From Paraspadella gotoi (Eukaryota; Animalia; Chaetognatha): a DNA stretch of 11,120 nt. Each line of letters begins with the position of its first letter. The stretch's first letter is position 1. Positions 1 through 9,749 of this stretch are shown here, one piece after another. The stretch spans positions 1 through 11,120 of the forward strand of contig JBJCIZ010001428.1 in assembly GCA_051294375.1 (NCBI GenBank), given 5' to 3'. The translations under genes and the position numbers were made by a program. The notes beneath the pieces were generated by a model, which worked only from the letters and a program-made list of their open reading frames with translations, had not been told where the DNA came from and did no database searches.

Positions 1-507
1 TTTCCATTTTTCTCCTTCTTTTCTTTTTTTCTTTACTTTCCGTTTTTTCTATTTCTTTGTTTTCTTATTTTTATTGCTCTTTTTAATTTTTAAATATTAT
101 TTTGTCATTAAAACTTCACTATCAAATTTCTTCTCTATCTGTTTTTAATTTTTGTTTACAATTTCTTAATAACTCTAATTTGGCTCTCCAATTTTATTTA
201 TGTAGACTACATAAATCAAATTCAGCACTCTTGTCTACTTATCTCTTCTGTAATTTTTTCTTTCCAAATTATTTCTAATCTCAATTTCTTTCTCTTTTCT
301 CTTTTTCTAATCTCCAATTTCTCCCTAATCTCAAATTCAAATTTCTTCCTATTTTTCCCAAATGAACTTTAGTTTGAATCTTTATTCTCCTCGATCTTTC
401 TTTCTCCATTAAATTTCCCTTTGTGCCGATTTCGAGTGGATAAACGGTCTCTACCTGTTGAGACGATGTCTCCTTTTCTTTTTCGCTCGGCTGCCTCGAC
501 CAATTTC

Positions 508-510
<3 letters not shown>

Positions 511-544
<34 letters not shown>

Positions 545-546
545 CT
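511..546. repeat. (CT)n microsatellite
   Basis: Uninterrupted TC dinucleotide run. Confidence 0.97.
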
Positions 547-2086
547 ATCTTGAAAAAATTGCATGAGAATTTTCGTCGCCATAACTTTTTATGGTATTTC
601 TTAATGTTTATTTTGTGACTAAAAAACCAAACTGCTCATTAAAGTATTAGCCAACGTTAATTAGTTTGTTTTTTTTAGTTAACGACTAATTATTCCGCTG
701 AGCAAACGTGAAAGCGTGAACGTCATAACAAATTTTTAAAGAAGAAAAATGATCCCGTAAATGGGACAATTTTTTATAAAACGCGTTATTATTAAATTTC
801 TTCCGCCCCGTTGCTTCTCCGGCGAAGCTGTTTGCTGTAGACGAGGTTTGCCAGGTCATCTTGAAAAAAAATCACCAAGGTGAAATCATGTTCTATGCAA
901 AACGGAAAGGAGACAGAAAAAAAAAAGAAAGGACGGGCGAAAACCGAAAAAAGGAAAAAAGTGAGCAATTTCTTGTTGGTCGTTTTTTTGACTCGAGAGA
1001 GACGACCTTCGCGCTCGAACCTCGGTTGGAGAAAAAAAAAAAGAGGTTCGGCCGTGGGGTTCGAACCTCCGCGCGCGGTTCGAAATCAATTACGAGCGGA
1101 ATCGGGAGGAAAAGTTTTTTTGAAGGGCGCTGGAAAAAAGTGAGGTTTGGAATGGCAATTGTGAGTATAGAGAAGGGAAAGGAAAAAGGGAAGGCGAAAG
1201 GAAGGGAAAGGAGGTGGAATTAGGGGATGTGAAATGAATGTTGAGAAGGTTGAGATGAAAAATAAAAAGGGAGCGTTTTGACTGGTAATTTCGGGAAAAA
1301 GCTAATAATTTGCTTTCCGCGCGGTCGTGACCCCGCGGAACGCTGAAAATTGAAACTTGCCGGAAGGATTGCAAACTGTGGGTGCATTAATCTCAAATGA
1401 GCAATTACTCCCATTCTTCCAGCAATATAAATACAAAAGGGCATCTTGGGGGCGAGGGGATTTGGTCGGGAACGTACTGCCCTGAAAGGACTGTCCAGAC
1501 CGATCTGACAGTCAGAAATATATCTTTTGTTAGTATACGCAAAACTTTCAATAAATATTTTCACGAGAACTAGTTTCAATAGGAGGAAAACTAAAACAAA
1601 ATCACTACTGCCGGACATTTTTCGGAATTTGAATTGAAATTTTCACTGTGAAAACCGAAACTGGAGAATCCGAAAAATTCACATTTTTCAATTTCATCGT
1701 CTCCTTCATAATTTATTAGTAAAAGGGAAAGGGGGAAAAATCGGGAATCGAGAATGAGAAAAATCTTGGACGTTTATGAGAAAAGAAGGACCAACGAGGA
1801 AAATCTAACAAAATGATTTTTTTTCAACAATTCAATGACAGTTTTTTTTTTTTCTTAGTTTTCGAATTTATTAAAGAAATTCTCTTACCCTTTGTCGAAA
1901 GCCAAAAGGAGGTAGGAAAAATTTTGTTTCTTGTCGGACACGAAACGCTTTTCGAACGTTAAAAAAAATTTTTAAGAAGTTTTACAACAATTTTGAACTT
2001 TAACTAAACGAGAGTCCCGATATTATTTTAATAAACAAACTATGAAAAATGTAAAAAACTAAAAATAAAAAACGATGAAACGATGA

Positions 2087-2483
2087 TCAACATCCGCCCT
2101 TCTCTATCTCCCTTGACCAATTCATTCCATCAAGAGGCCGAATTTGGAATTCATCGGGGTCAGCATTAGAATTCCCGAGGTTCAACGTCGCCGACGTAAG
2201 TCCCCGTGTCTGTCGAGAGACGCGGCCCTCGCGGGCGATACCGTTGGACGCTCGTTTTTCTTCGTTTTCATGTGCGACCGAGAAGCCGGCACGGGCATGC
2301 TCCCCCGCGCCATGGGGGTTGCCAATGCAGCAAATGTCATTTTGACGGTTGATCTGAATCCGGTCGAGGTTTCACGCGGAGTTCCACAACAGTTCGCTGA
2401 GGGAGGGGTCGATTCAATGTTTCAATATTCGTGTCTTCACCTGTACCTGGTTTCTTTTCCGTCAACGGAGACAACCCTGCCAT
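2087..2483 (-). other. Balanced-composition island containing overlapping small minus-strand ORFs (possible frameshifted CDS or smORFs)
   Basis: ATG at 2483 opens a 48-aa ORF ending at TGA 2339-2337. An overlapping ATG at 2340 opens a 52-aa ORF to 2182. A third frame is stop-free over 2371-2090. No homology recognised. Confidence 0.2.
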
Positions 2484-2682
2484 CCTTTCACTTGGCCAGA
2501 CTTGAATTCACCAACTAACAAAACATAATCACTCGCCCACCAACCAACTTGACGCCAATCACCAATCACCCGCTGAGTCTTGCAAAAATCGCTGTGCGAG
2601 GTTTCAGCCGCTGATCGAGGAAAAATTGGAAGGCGTCACAGGGGACATTGAAAAGCTTCTTTATTGTGATCTGTGAGCAAAA

Positions 2683-2776
2683 AGAGAGATTAGAGAGAAG
2701 AGAGAGAGAGAGAGGAGAAGAGAGGAGAGAGGAGAGAGGAGATGAGAAGAGAGACGAGAGAGAGAGGAGAGAGAGA
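2683..2776. repeat. Imperfect (GA)n microsatellite
   Basis: GA run with GG/AA interruptions. Confidence 0.95.
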
Positions 2777-2890
2777 CCTTCTTGATCCTTCCTATAGATA
2801 TTTGTCAGCGTGGTTCCCTCGTTCCGAACAACCTGTTGACGGGCGTTTCCCATGGATCGAAGATCGCTAATGGACGGCGATCACCGTCCA

Positions 2891-2919
2891 GTCGTCGTCG
2901 TCGGCGTTCGTCGTCGTCG
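2891..2919. repeat. Interrupted (GTC)n trinucleotide repeat
   Basis: gtcgtcgtcgtcggcgttcgtcgtcgtcg. Confidence 0.85.
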
Positions 2920-3130
2920 AGCGTCCTGACCGTCCCAGTCTAAGCTGTTTTTGTTTTGTTTCCTTCGTATTCCTCGGCCGCTTGTTTTTCGTTTGCCGTT
3001 TCCTTTCCTTTTTTTGCGATCTTGTCGTTTGTTGTTGTTTTGTGTTTTCTTTCTGGACGGAATTATCTTAGGATTTTCTTTTTCGTTTCTCTTTATCGCC
3101 TTTGCAATCGAGTTTTGGGATACCAGGGTC

Positions 3131-3240
3131 AGAAGAGAGGAAGAGACAGAGAGAGAGAGAGCCGATGATGGAGAGAGAGAGAGAGAGGAGAGAGAGAGAG
3201 GAGAGAGGAGAAGAGAGAAGGAGAGGAGAGAGAGAGAGAA
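3131..3240. repeat. Imperfect (GA)n microsatellite
   Basis: GA-rich run with a short GCCGATGATG interruption. Confidence 0.95.
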
Positions 3241-3850
3241 ACGAACACGAAGTAATTAATACCTACCAGGTCGAGGTGGACTGTCGAGAAGAGAAAATAG
3301 TTTACACGAAAAATGAGAAAGATGAATAATGGGACACAGTCGGTGGAAAGAGGCGAAAAAAGAAAAAAAAAACAATAAGATCACAAAAAAAAAGAAGAGT
3401 ACGAGATCTGTCTCCTCAAACGTCTGATCTTCTGTCTTCTACTGTTCTCCAGATTGCCGAAACGAAAGACTTAAACTAAAACAACTAAAAAAATATTCTA
3501 TTTTTTTTCTCAACTTGTGTCGGGGAACTTCAAAAAGAAAAGGGATGAAAAATTATATCTCTTCTTTTTACGACGAGGCATGATTAACGTATCGTTTAAA
3601 AAAATTCCGACGAAGGGATTCGCCTTTTTTGCCTACTTACAGATGGGGGATGACGGGTCTCGCAGATGGAACGAGTAACGAGGACGATACCGAACGGAGC
3701 TTATATGGCATTTATTATTTTTTTAAAAAAGTGCGTCTTCATTCGCTCCTTCCGACTTTCTGGTTTTTTTTTGCAACCAAAACATAAACTGGAAACGATG
3801 AGAGAGAGAGAAAAATTGATAAAACACGGTTGTGTTTACGTCTTGCTTTT

Positions 3851-3852
3851 CT

Positions 3853-3920
<68 letters not shown>
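3851..3920. repeat. (CT)n microsatellite
   Basis: Near-perfect CT run of about 70 bp. Confidence 0.97.
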
Positions 3921-3924
<4 letters not shown>

Positions 3925-4252
3925 CCTCAGAGAAGAGAATCACCAGATTTAATATATTTTTGATAGAAATTACGCTTGAAACATTTTTTTCTCGTATTTT
4001 CATCTCCAAATTTGTTCAGGTTGTCCATTGATATTTTTTTTCTCTGCATTTCCTCACTCTCTCTCGTGGGACAGCCTTTAAAAGCAAAAAGCGTGGCTCA
4101 AAGCGTTAGATTGACTTCCCGTATAAAATGAATAATAAACAGAACCTTTTAGAAAATGTAGAAAAGAAAAGCTGAAAAAAAAAGAGATAGATCCTTCCCT
4201 AGCCAACTCAAATAGTAGCAGATTCATTAATTATTTATGATAATTCCTTGTG

Positions 4253-4445
4253 AGAAGGACATCTTATCTATTTTCAATTCGTGTTAGTATCTATCCTCAT
4301 ATTCATATCAAATCATATCCTGATATCTATCATATTAACCTCCGAAGAAGAACATCATAATTTCTTTCATATCATGTTATATTATCTTCATATCATATAA
4401 ATCAAATCTATCATATTTATATCAAAGAAGGACCGTTATATCTAC
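4253..4445. repeat. Degenerate tandem repeat, about 2.2 copies of an 80-93-bp ATATC-rich unit
   Basis: Units begin AGAAGGAC (4253), AGAAGAAC (4346) and AGAAGGAC (4426). Units 1 and 2 align colinearly by eye: TTTCA...TGTTA...TATCYTCATAT...CATAT.AAATCA...ATCTATCATATT. Confidence 0.75.
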
Positions 4446-4591
4446 TTTTAAAAATGACGAAAGAGCACCTGTCCGATCGGCCAAACTTGAGCCGGACTCG
4501 AACTCGACTTAACCCCGTCCACGAACTGTTTTCACGCGCTCGTGAGAGGAGGCGGAAGATCGAGAGCAATCGAGGACTCACCCTTCTGACC

Positions 4592-4624
4592 AAGTCGTAA
4601 AAAAAGTCGGTAAAAAAGTCAGTT
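4592..4624. repeat. Short tandem repeat, about 3 copies of a ~12-bp AAAAAAGTC(R)GT unit
   Basis: aagtcgt aaaaaaagtcggt aaaaaagtcagt. Confidence 0.7.
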
Positions 4625-4783
4625 AGCGTACGAAGTTGGGTGAGTGGTGGAGAGAGAACGAGGGAGGTGGAGAAGAGGGAAGGCCTTTTCCGGTTCAAAG
4701 GAAAAATAACGATGACTGCGGAGACATTTATGGACCCGGGAAGCACTTTCTCCTTGTGTTTTATCTTTCGCGAGGGTAGAATG

Positions 4784-4890
4784 GGAGAGGGTGAGAGAGA
4801 GAGAGAGAGAGAGAGAAGAGAGAGAAGAGAGAGGAGGAGAGAGGGAGAGAGATATGACGAGGAAGAGAGGAGAGAGAGAGAGAGAGAGAG
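4784..4890. repeat. Imperfect (GA)n microsatellite
   Basis: GA-rich run. Confidence 0.95.
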
Positions 4891-4981
4891 GACTGTTTGC
4901 TCTTTTCAAGCCAGACCTGACCGAGAGAAAAACCTTGCTTCTTATCAGTTTGGAGATAAGAGATTGTACTGTAATTGCAGC

Positions 4982-5087
4982 GAGAAAAGAGAGATGAAGG
5001 AGAGAGAGAGAGAGGAAGGAGAGAGAGGAGATGAGAGAGAAGAAGGAGAGAGAGGAGAGAGAGAGAGGAAGAGAGACGAGAGAGAGA
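4982..5087. repeat. Imperfect (GA)n microsatellite
   Basis: GA-rich run. Confidence 0.95.
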
Positions 5088-5689
5088 ATCAGAGCCCGAT
5101 TATGCCGCAATTGCAGAGAAACAATTTCTAAGCGAAAAAAACGACGATAAGAAATTGAAAGGAGTTTTTCCTTATCAGAGACAAACACGGTTCGAGAAAC
5201 GTTCGAACCTTGAAAAGAAAATGGTCCGGTGTGTAACGAATGAAGACAAAATGTTTCAAAGAACAAATATTTTTGGGAATGGAAAGATCCGAAATCTTAT
5301 CCGACTGGGGACGCGGCCAAAAATTTTTTTCAAGACCGTCCTAGTTTGTGGTTTTGGATATTAGTTAGATGCGTTGTTTGCGTTTGCTTTGAAATATACA
5401 TAAAAAGCAACCAAGTTGCTTATATAAATAAGATAGAATTTCTTAGTTTATAATTATAAAAACATATAAGGAAGCGGGCAAAAGTCGAGGGGGTCTTCGG
5501 TAATTAATTTCTCCTGACTTTGCACGGGTTCGTTAACTTCACACTCTTTCTCGCTTCCTCATTATTATAACCCGCACATTGACTGCTGTTCTCGCCTCCC
5601 CCTTTTTTTTTTTTCTCTCGCGGCAACGTTTTAATTTTTTGGTCCACTTTAACGATCAATTTTTCCCTTCTTTTCGACCGCTCCTTTTG

Positions 5690-6070
5690 CCGCTTCAATT
5701 ACGCGGAGCACCCTCGACGTCCGTTGATGTCGTAACCGGGCAAAACCGGCTATCTTCTCTGACATTCGCGGCAACCGGGGAAAATCCCATTAAAGCGATA
5801 AAGGCGATCAATTCCTCTAAAAGGAGCCCGACGCGCCGCACCGGGACGGCCCGGCCCGGTCAAAAGGAACGGAAAAAAGCGGAGTGAAGCGGGCGAGCGA
5901 ATTTGTGAACCGGAGGCGATCGAACGGGTCAAGAATTTCCCGCAGATTATGACGCGCGCGCTATGATGTTCAGGCCCGCGCGCGTTTTCTTCGTTCGCAT
6001 GGGAGATTGAAGAAATCAAGGGGCGATTGCGCTGCGCGTGATTCCCGTTCGCACGAGTCTCTTCGCCGTT
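5690..6070. promoter_or_regulatory. GC/CpG-rich island, candidate cis-regulatory module
   Basis: Local rise in GC and CpG within an AT-rich background, with two (CG)4 runs and GATA/TAAT-like words. No convincing ORF. Function is inferred only. Confidence 0.3.
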
Positions 6071-6426
6071 ATTCACCATGACTAAGACGAGACGACAAAC
6101 AGTAACCATGTCGATGAGAATAACAAAAGAAAATTCGACGGTTTTTCAGAAGTTTGGTTTAAAATATTCTTTCGTTTGATATAAGAATTTCTGCTCCGGT
6201 GAAAACGCGGGAAAATTTAAGATTTCATATTTCAATATTAATTTACACTAAAAAAAAATGTATCAAAAAAGCCAGAACGCTGCCGTATTTTTCTTAACAA
6301 AACAAAAGGCCAGCCGAATTTCTTCGGCGAAAACTATTCGCTGCTTCTTTTTTTTTCTCCTTTCTCATCTTCGTTTTACTCAATAACAGAAAGAGGGGTT
6401 AATCAAGCTCTCGAGACTGAGGAGTG

Positions 6427-6492
6427 TGAGAGACGAGACGAATGAAGAGATTGAGACGAGGAGAGAGGAGAGAGATGAGAGAGAGAGAGAAA

Positions 6493-6522
<30 letters not shown>
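6427..6522. repeat. Imperfect (GA)n microsatellite
   Basis: GA-rich run. Confidence 0.95.
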
Positions 6523-6523
<1 letters not shown>

Positions 6524-7214
6524 TTGCCATAAGCGGATTAAAAAGAAGCCAAGAAAAAAAAGAAGAAATTCCAAATCCACGAGTGGATCGACAATGGGGG
6601 TTTTTGAAAGTCAGGTGACAGGAGGTGGTTTCAAGGCGGAAGTAGCGGGGGGGATTTGCAGGGCCGGGTTTGCAGGAAGGTTACCTGGAAAAATTTGCCA
6701 GGAAATAAGAGAAGAGAGAAAGAGAAAGAAGAGAGATTGTCTTTTGAGAAATAGCAGGTGTTGGGTAACTGAGAAAAAAAAGAAGGCTCTCTCGACAAAA
6801 CTTGTGAAAAAAGTCAGAAGCGGTGAAAAGAAAGGACTAAATGCGACATTAAGGCAATAAGTAAAGGCCTGCTTCTTGCTTTGTAAGCATATAATTATGA
6901 AGAAGATTGATTCTTATCTAACTATGCATCCACCCGTTGATCAAGTACATGAGTGTCCAATAGGCTCTCGGTATATATTGTCGTCACAAAAACCCAGTCC
7001 ATTAGATCAATTTTAATTTCCCATTTGACTCTCCATCGCGGAGATTTACTTTGTTTTGCATAAGATCATCGCTAAAATTTATGTTTTCTCATTTGCCAGA
7101 TTATTTATGTTTTTTTTTCACCAGATCTTATAATTAATCCGACGCATAAACGTTCAACCGAGGTTTTTTCTTCTCACTAATTACTTGCGATTCATACCGG
7201 ATCACTATTATCAA

Positions 7215-7266
7215 AGAGATTTTATTCCTCGTTCATCTCGTTTCTCAGAGATTTTATTCCTCGTTC
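7215..7266. repeat. Perfect 20-bp direct repeat with a 12-bp spacer
   Basis: AGAGATTTTATTCCTCGTTC at 7215-7234 and 7247-7266. Confidence 0.92.
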
Positions 7267-7727
7267 GAAACAATTTGTCGAAGAGATTATTTTAACGAAA
7301 CGACGACCCTCTGCGCCTAAAGCCCCGCCCTCCTTCCACCCCCCCCTTCCTAACAACTCATGTTGACCCATTATAAAAATTTTTTTTTTTTTCTTTTTTT
7401 CGATTTAAACAAACAAACTCAATTCGAAGGACGAGAACTTTCGACGTCACGAGCGATCACTTCTTTCCTTTCCTTTCGATCGCTGAGAAATTCTAACAAA
7501 AACTTCTTCGATCAACATTTGTGTTTTTTGTTTAATAAACAATAAATTTATTTTTTACCTGGGTCTGTTGTGTACCTGTCGGAAGGAGGAAGACGTTTTC
7601 GGATTGGGATGTGGAAGCAAGACATTGTCTTTCTTCTTCTTCCCCTGACTTTTTTTCCTTTTCCTCTTTTTCGCTTATTTCCCGCGATCGCATTTTTTTT
7701 TTCAAAGGGAAGACGGACAACACAACC

Positions 7728-7769
7728 ACGAACGACGACGACAACGACGACGAAAACGACTACGACGAC
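7728..7769. repeat. Imperfect (ACG)n trinucleotide repeat
   Basis: acgaacgacgacgacaacgacgacgaaaacgactacgacgac. Confidence 0.88.
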
Positions 7770-7989
7770 AGTTTGTTTATTCCGCTGGTGGTTACGTCCG
7801 CCCTCAGAATTTTGCCGACATTTTCGACCAAATTATTGAATTCTCACACTCGGTTTGTTAATAATTTTTTCTTCTTTTTTTCTATTTGAATTTCTTTTTG
7901 ATTTTTTTTGTTTTTTTCTGAGGGAAAACTTCCTTGTTTTTAAAATTCTGGAGGAAATCAAACTCAAAATAAAAAAAAAACTTTTAGCA

Positions 7990-8020
<31 letters not shown>

Positions 8021-8059
8021 TCTCTCTTCTCTCATCTCTCTCTCTCTCTCTCTTCTCTC
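7990..8059. repeat. Imperfect (CT)n microsatellite
   Basis: CT-rich run. Confidence 0.95.
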
Positions 8060-8187
8060 GCCCTTCACACGCACGATAATTTCCTTTCGAAGTTCACTAT
8101 CGTTTTTAGTTTCAGAGATAAATTTTGCGGCGAATCTCGGGTCGCGGGAAAAAAAAAAGGAATTCCCTCTTTTTTTATCAACTTGAT

Positions 8188-8198
8188 CCTCTTTTCTT

Positions 8199-8229
<31 letters not shown>

Positions 8230-8242
8230 ATCTCTCTCTCCT
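8188..8242. repeat. Imperfect (CT)n microsatellite
   Basis: CT-rich run. Confidence 0.93.
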
Positions 8243-9113
8243 CAGACCCTCTATATCGCCATTCCCTCTTTACCCTTCACAACTTCTTTTCATTTTCACC
8301 CCTCAACTTTCCCCCGAATCGCATTCACCCCTCCCATCCCTACCTCTCCTTCCACCCTTCCACCCTCAACTTTTCACTCCACTTTCTCCATGTCACATTT
8401 TTCTACTTTCTTTCTTCTTTCTTCGTTGTCGACCTCTTCGATTGTCAAAATATCTTCGACTCCCGATCTTTTTTTCTTTTTATTTATGTTTTCCCTCCAC
8501 AAACAGATACGTTGGATGCCAGGTTACATTTCGGCGCCGGATTTTTAGAAAAGAGGACCGCCCACGTTTGTAAACCGAGAGTGACGCAGTTTTTTTTAGT
8601 TCAATATATATGCAAACAAAAAAAACGAAACCACTGCCTCAATAAACTCAACTTTAAAATATTATTGTTAAACCCTTTTCATAACGTAACCGTGCAAGCA
8701 TTCGAAAATTGTTTTTCATTTTTGTCCGTTGTCTGGCTGTCGTTGAAAAGAAGTGAAAATCAGTGGAAAATCACAAAAATTGAAACTTAAAATTGAAAAT
8801 ACATGGCAAAATGTAAAGACAATATTTTGACTTATGTACCGCTACTACTTTATGAATTATGATCAATATTCTTAATCGTGCTTGACAACAAACGACGTTA
8901 ACTGAACTTTGTTATAAAATTTTTTTAATTTTCAATTCCGGTCTAATCCCTACACCATTTTTCACTAACACAATCCACGCAATTAACTCTTCTTTTCTAA
9001 TCACAATTCATTGAATCCATTCGTGCCCTCTAATTCTCCCCTTTAACCCACCCCTCTTTCTCCACTCAACAGATCAGCACCATGATTCTGAAAAACTTTT
9101 CTACCCCGGAACC

Positions 9114-9121
9114 CTCTTCAT
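9114..9121 (+). repeat. Left target-site duplication CTCTTCAT
   Basis: Identical to 9750-9757 and directly abuts the left TIR. Confidence 0.85.
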
Positions 9122-9749
9122 TAAGGCGTAGGTAATTTCTAAAAATTTAACTTTATAATTAAAAATTCTAAAAGTAAGGAACGAACAACATTATATTAAT
9201 GAACTTTATGTAATAAAAAAATTTATAATAAATTTTACAATTTACGCTATTGCCATATTTATTATACTAGTACTAAACCATTAAATGTTCAAATTTCAAA
9301 AACAGTTTTTTTGTAAGATTTTTTGCCAGATTTGATTCGTCATAAAAAGTTGATAAAAAGAAATATAACTCTTTTTAGAAAAAATCCTTCATTTAGTTGG
9401 GGTAAAAATGAGAAAAGCTATATTTTAAGCTGAAAATTAACTTTTTCCATAATTAAATATGTTTTTTTTAATTTTTAACCCACTTAATGAAAGAATTTTT
9501 TAAAAATGACTTATATTTTCTTTTATCAACTTTTTACGAGGAAATTTCAAATGCTGCAAATCAAAAAAATAAGAAAAGCCTATTTTTGAAATTTTTCGAT
9601 TTTATAAGGTTAGACGTATATATAAATATAGCCTACTGCTAAAATTTAAAAACATAAATAATTTTTTTTTACAAAATTATGTTCACTGATGGTATGTACT
9701 GTTCATAATTAATTTTAGAATTTTCGTATGTAACTTTCACTACGCCTTA
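9122..9749. mobile_element. Non-autonomous class II element (MITE/foldback-type, hAT-like ends), 628 bp, no coding capacity
   Basis: TAAGGCGTAG at 9122-9131 is the exact reverse complement of CTACGCCTTA at 9740-9749. The element is flanked by identical 8-mers CTCTTCAT (9114-9121, 9750-9757). The two halves align as a degenerate inverted repeat, e.g. TAAAAAGTTGATAAAA 9343-9358 vs TTTTATCAACTTTTTA 9521-9536. The AT-rich body interrupts a C-rich, G-poor tract that continues on both sides. An 8-bp TSD and a YARNG terminus (TAAGG) fit the hAT superfamily. Confidence 0.88.

Noticed and set aside
452-466. Partial minus-strand resemblance to the middle of miR-993 (recalled from memory, not database-checked)
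   Set aside because: The seed region does not match and no partner arm was found.
1040-1085. tRNA gene suggested by GGTTCGAACC
   Set aside because: Only a T-arm-like stem is present, with no A-box, D-arm, anticodon arm or acceptor stem.
1595-1607. Minus-strand TAGTGATTTTGTT matches the 3' part of mature miR-7 as I recall it
   Set aside because: The 5' seed (TGGAAGAC) is absent and no precursor hairpin is visible, so it is probably chance.
2087-2483. tarsal-less/polished-rice type polycistronic smORFs
   Set aside because: The diagnostic LDPTGXY motif is absent from these peptides.
4249-4256. Su(H)/CSL-type TGTGAGAA site, with another on the minus strand near 7841-7848
   Set aside because: These are isolated 8-mers without paired-site architecture, so they are not distinguishable from chance.
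4619-5266. Long ORFs 4619-5266 (-) and 4640-5131 (+), and similar ER- or SL-rich ORFs at 2951-3329, 3666-4031, 6380-6860, 7855-8790 and 9793-10146
   Set aside because: They stay open because GA/CT microsatellites contain no stop codons. The translations are poly-ER or poly-SL with F/K-rich homopolymer sequence and no recognisable domain.
5750-6109. 119-aa minus-strand ORF in the GC island
   Set aside because: No recognisable motif, and this length is plausible by chance in GC-rich sequence. A regulatory reading fits equally well.
7215-7266. CRISPR-like repeat-spacer-repeat
   Set aside because: Only two copies with a 12-bp spacer, no cas genes, and a eukaryotic context.
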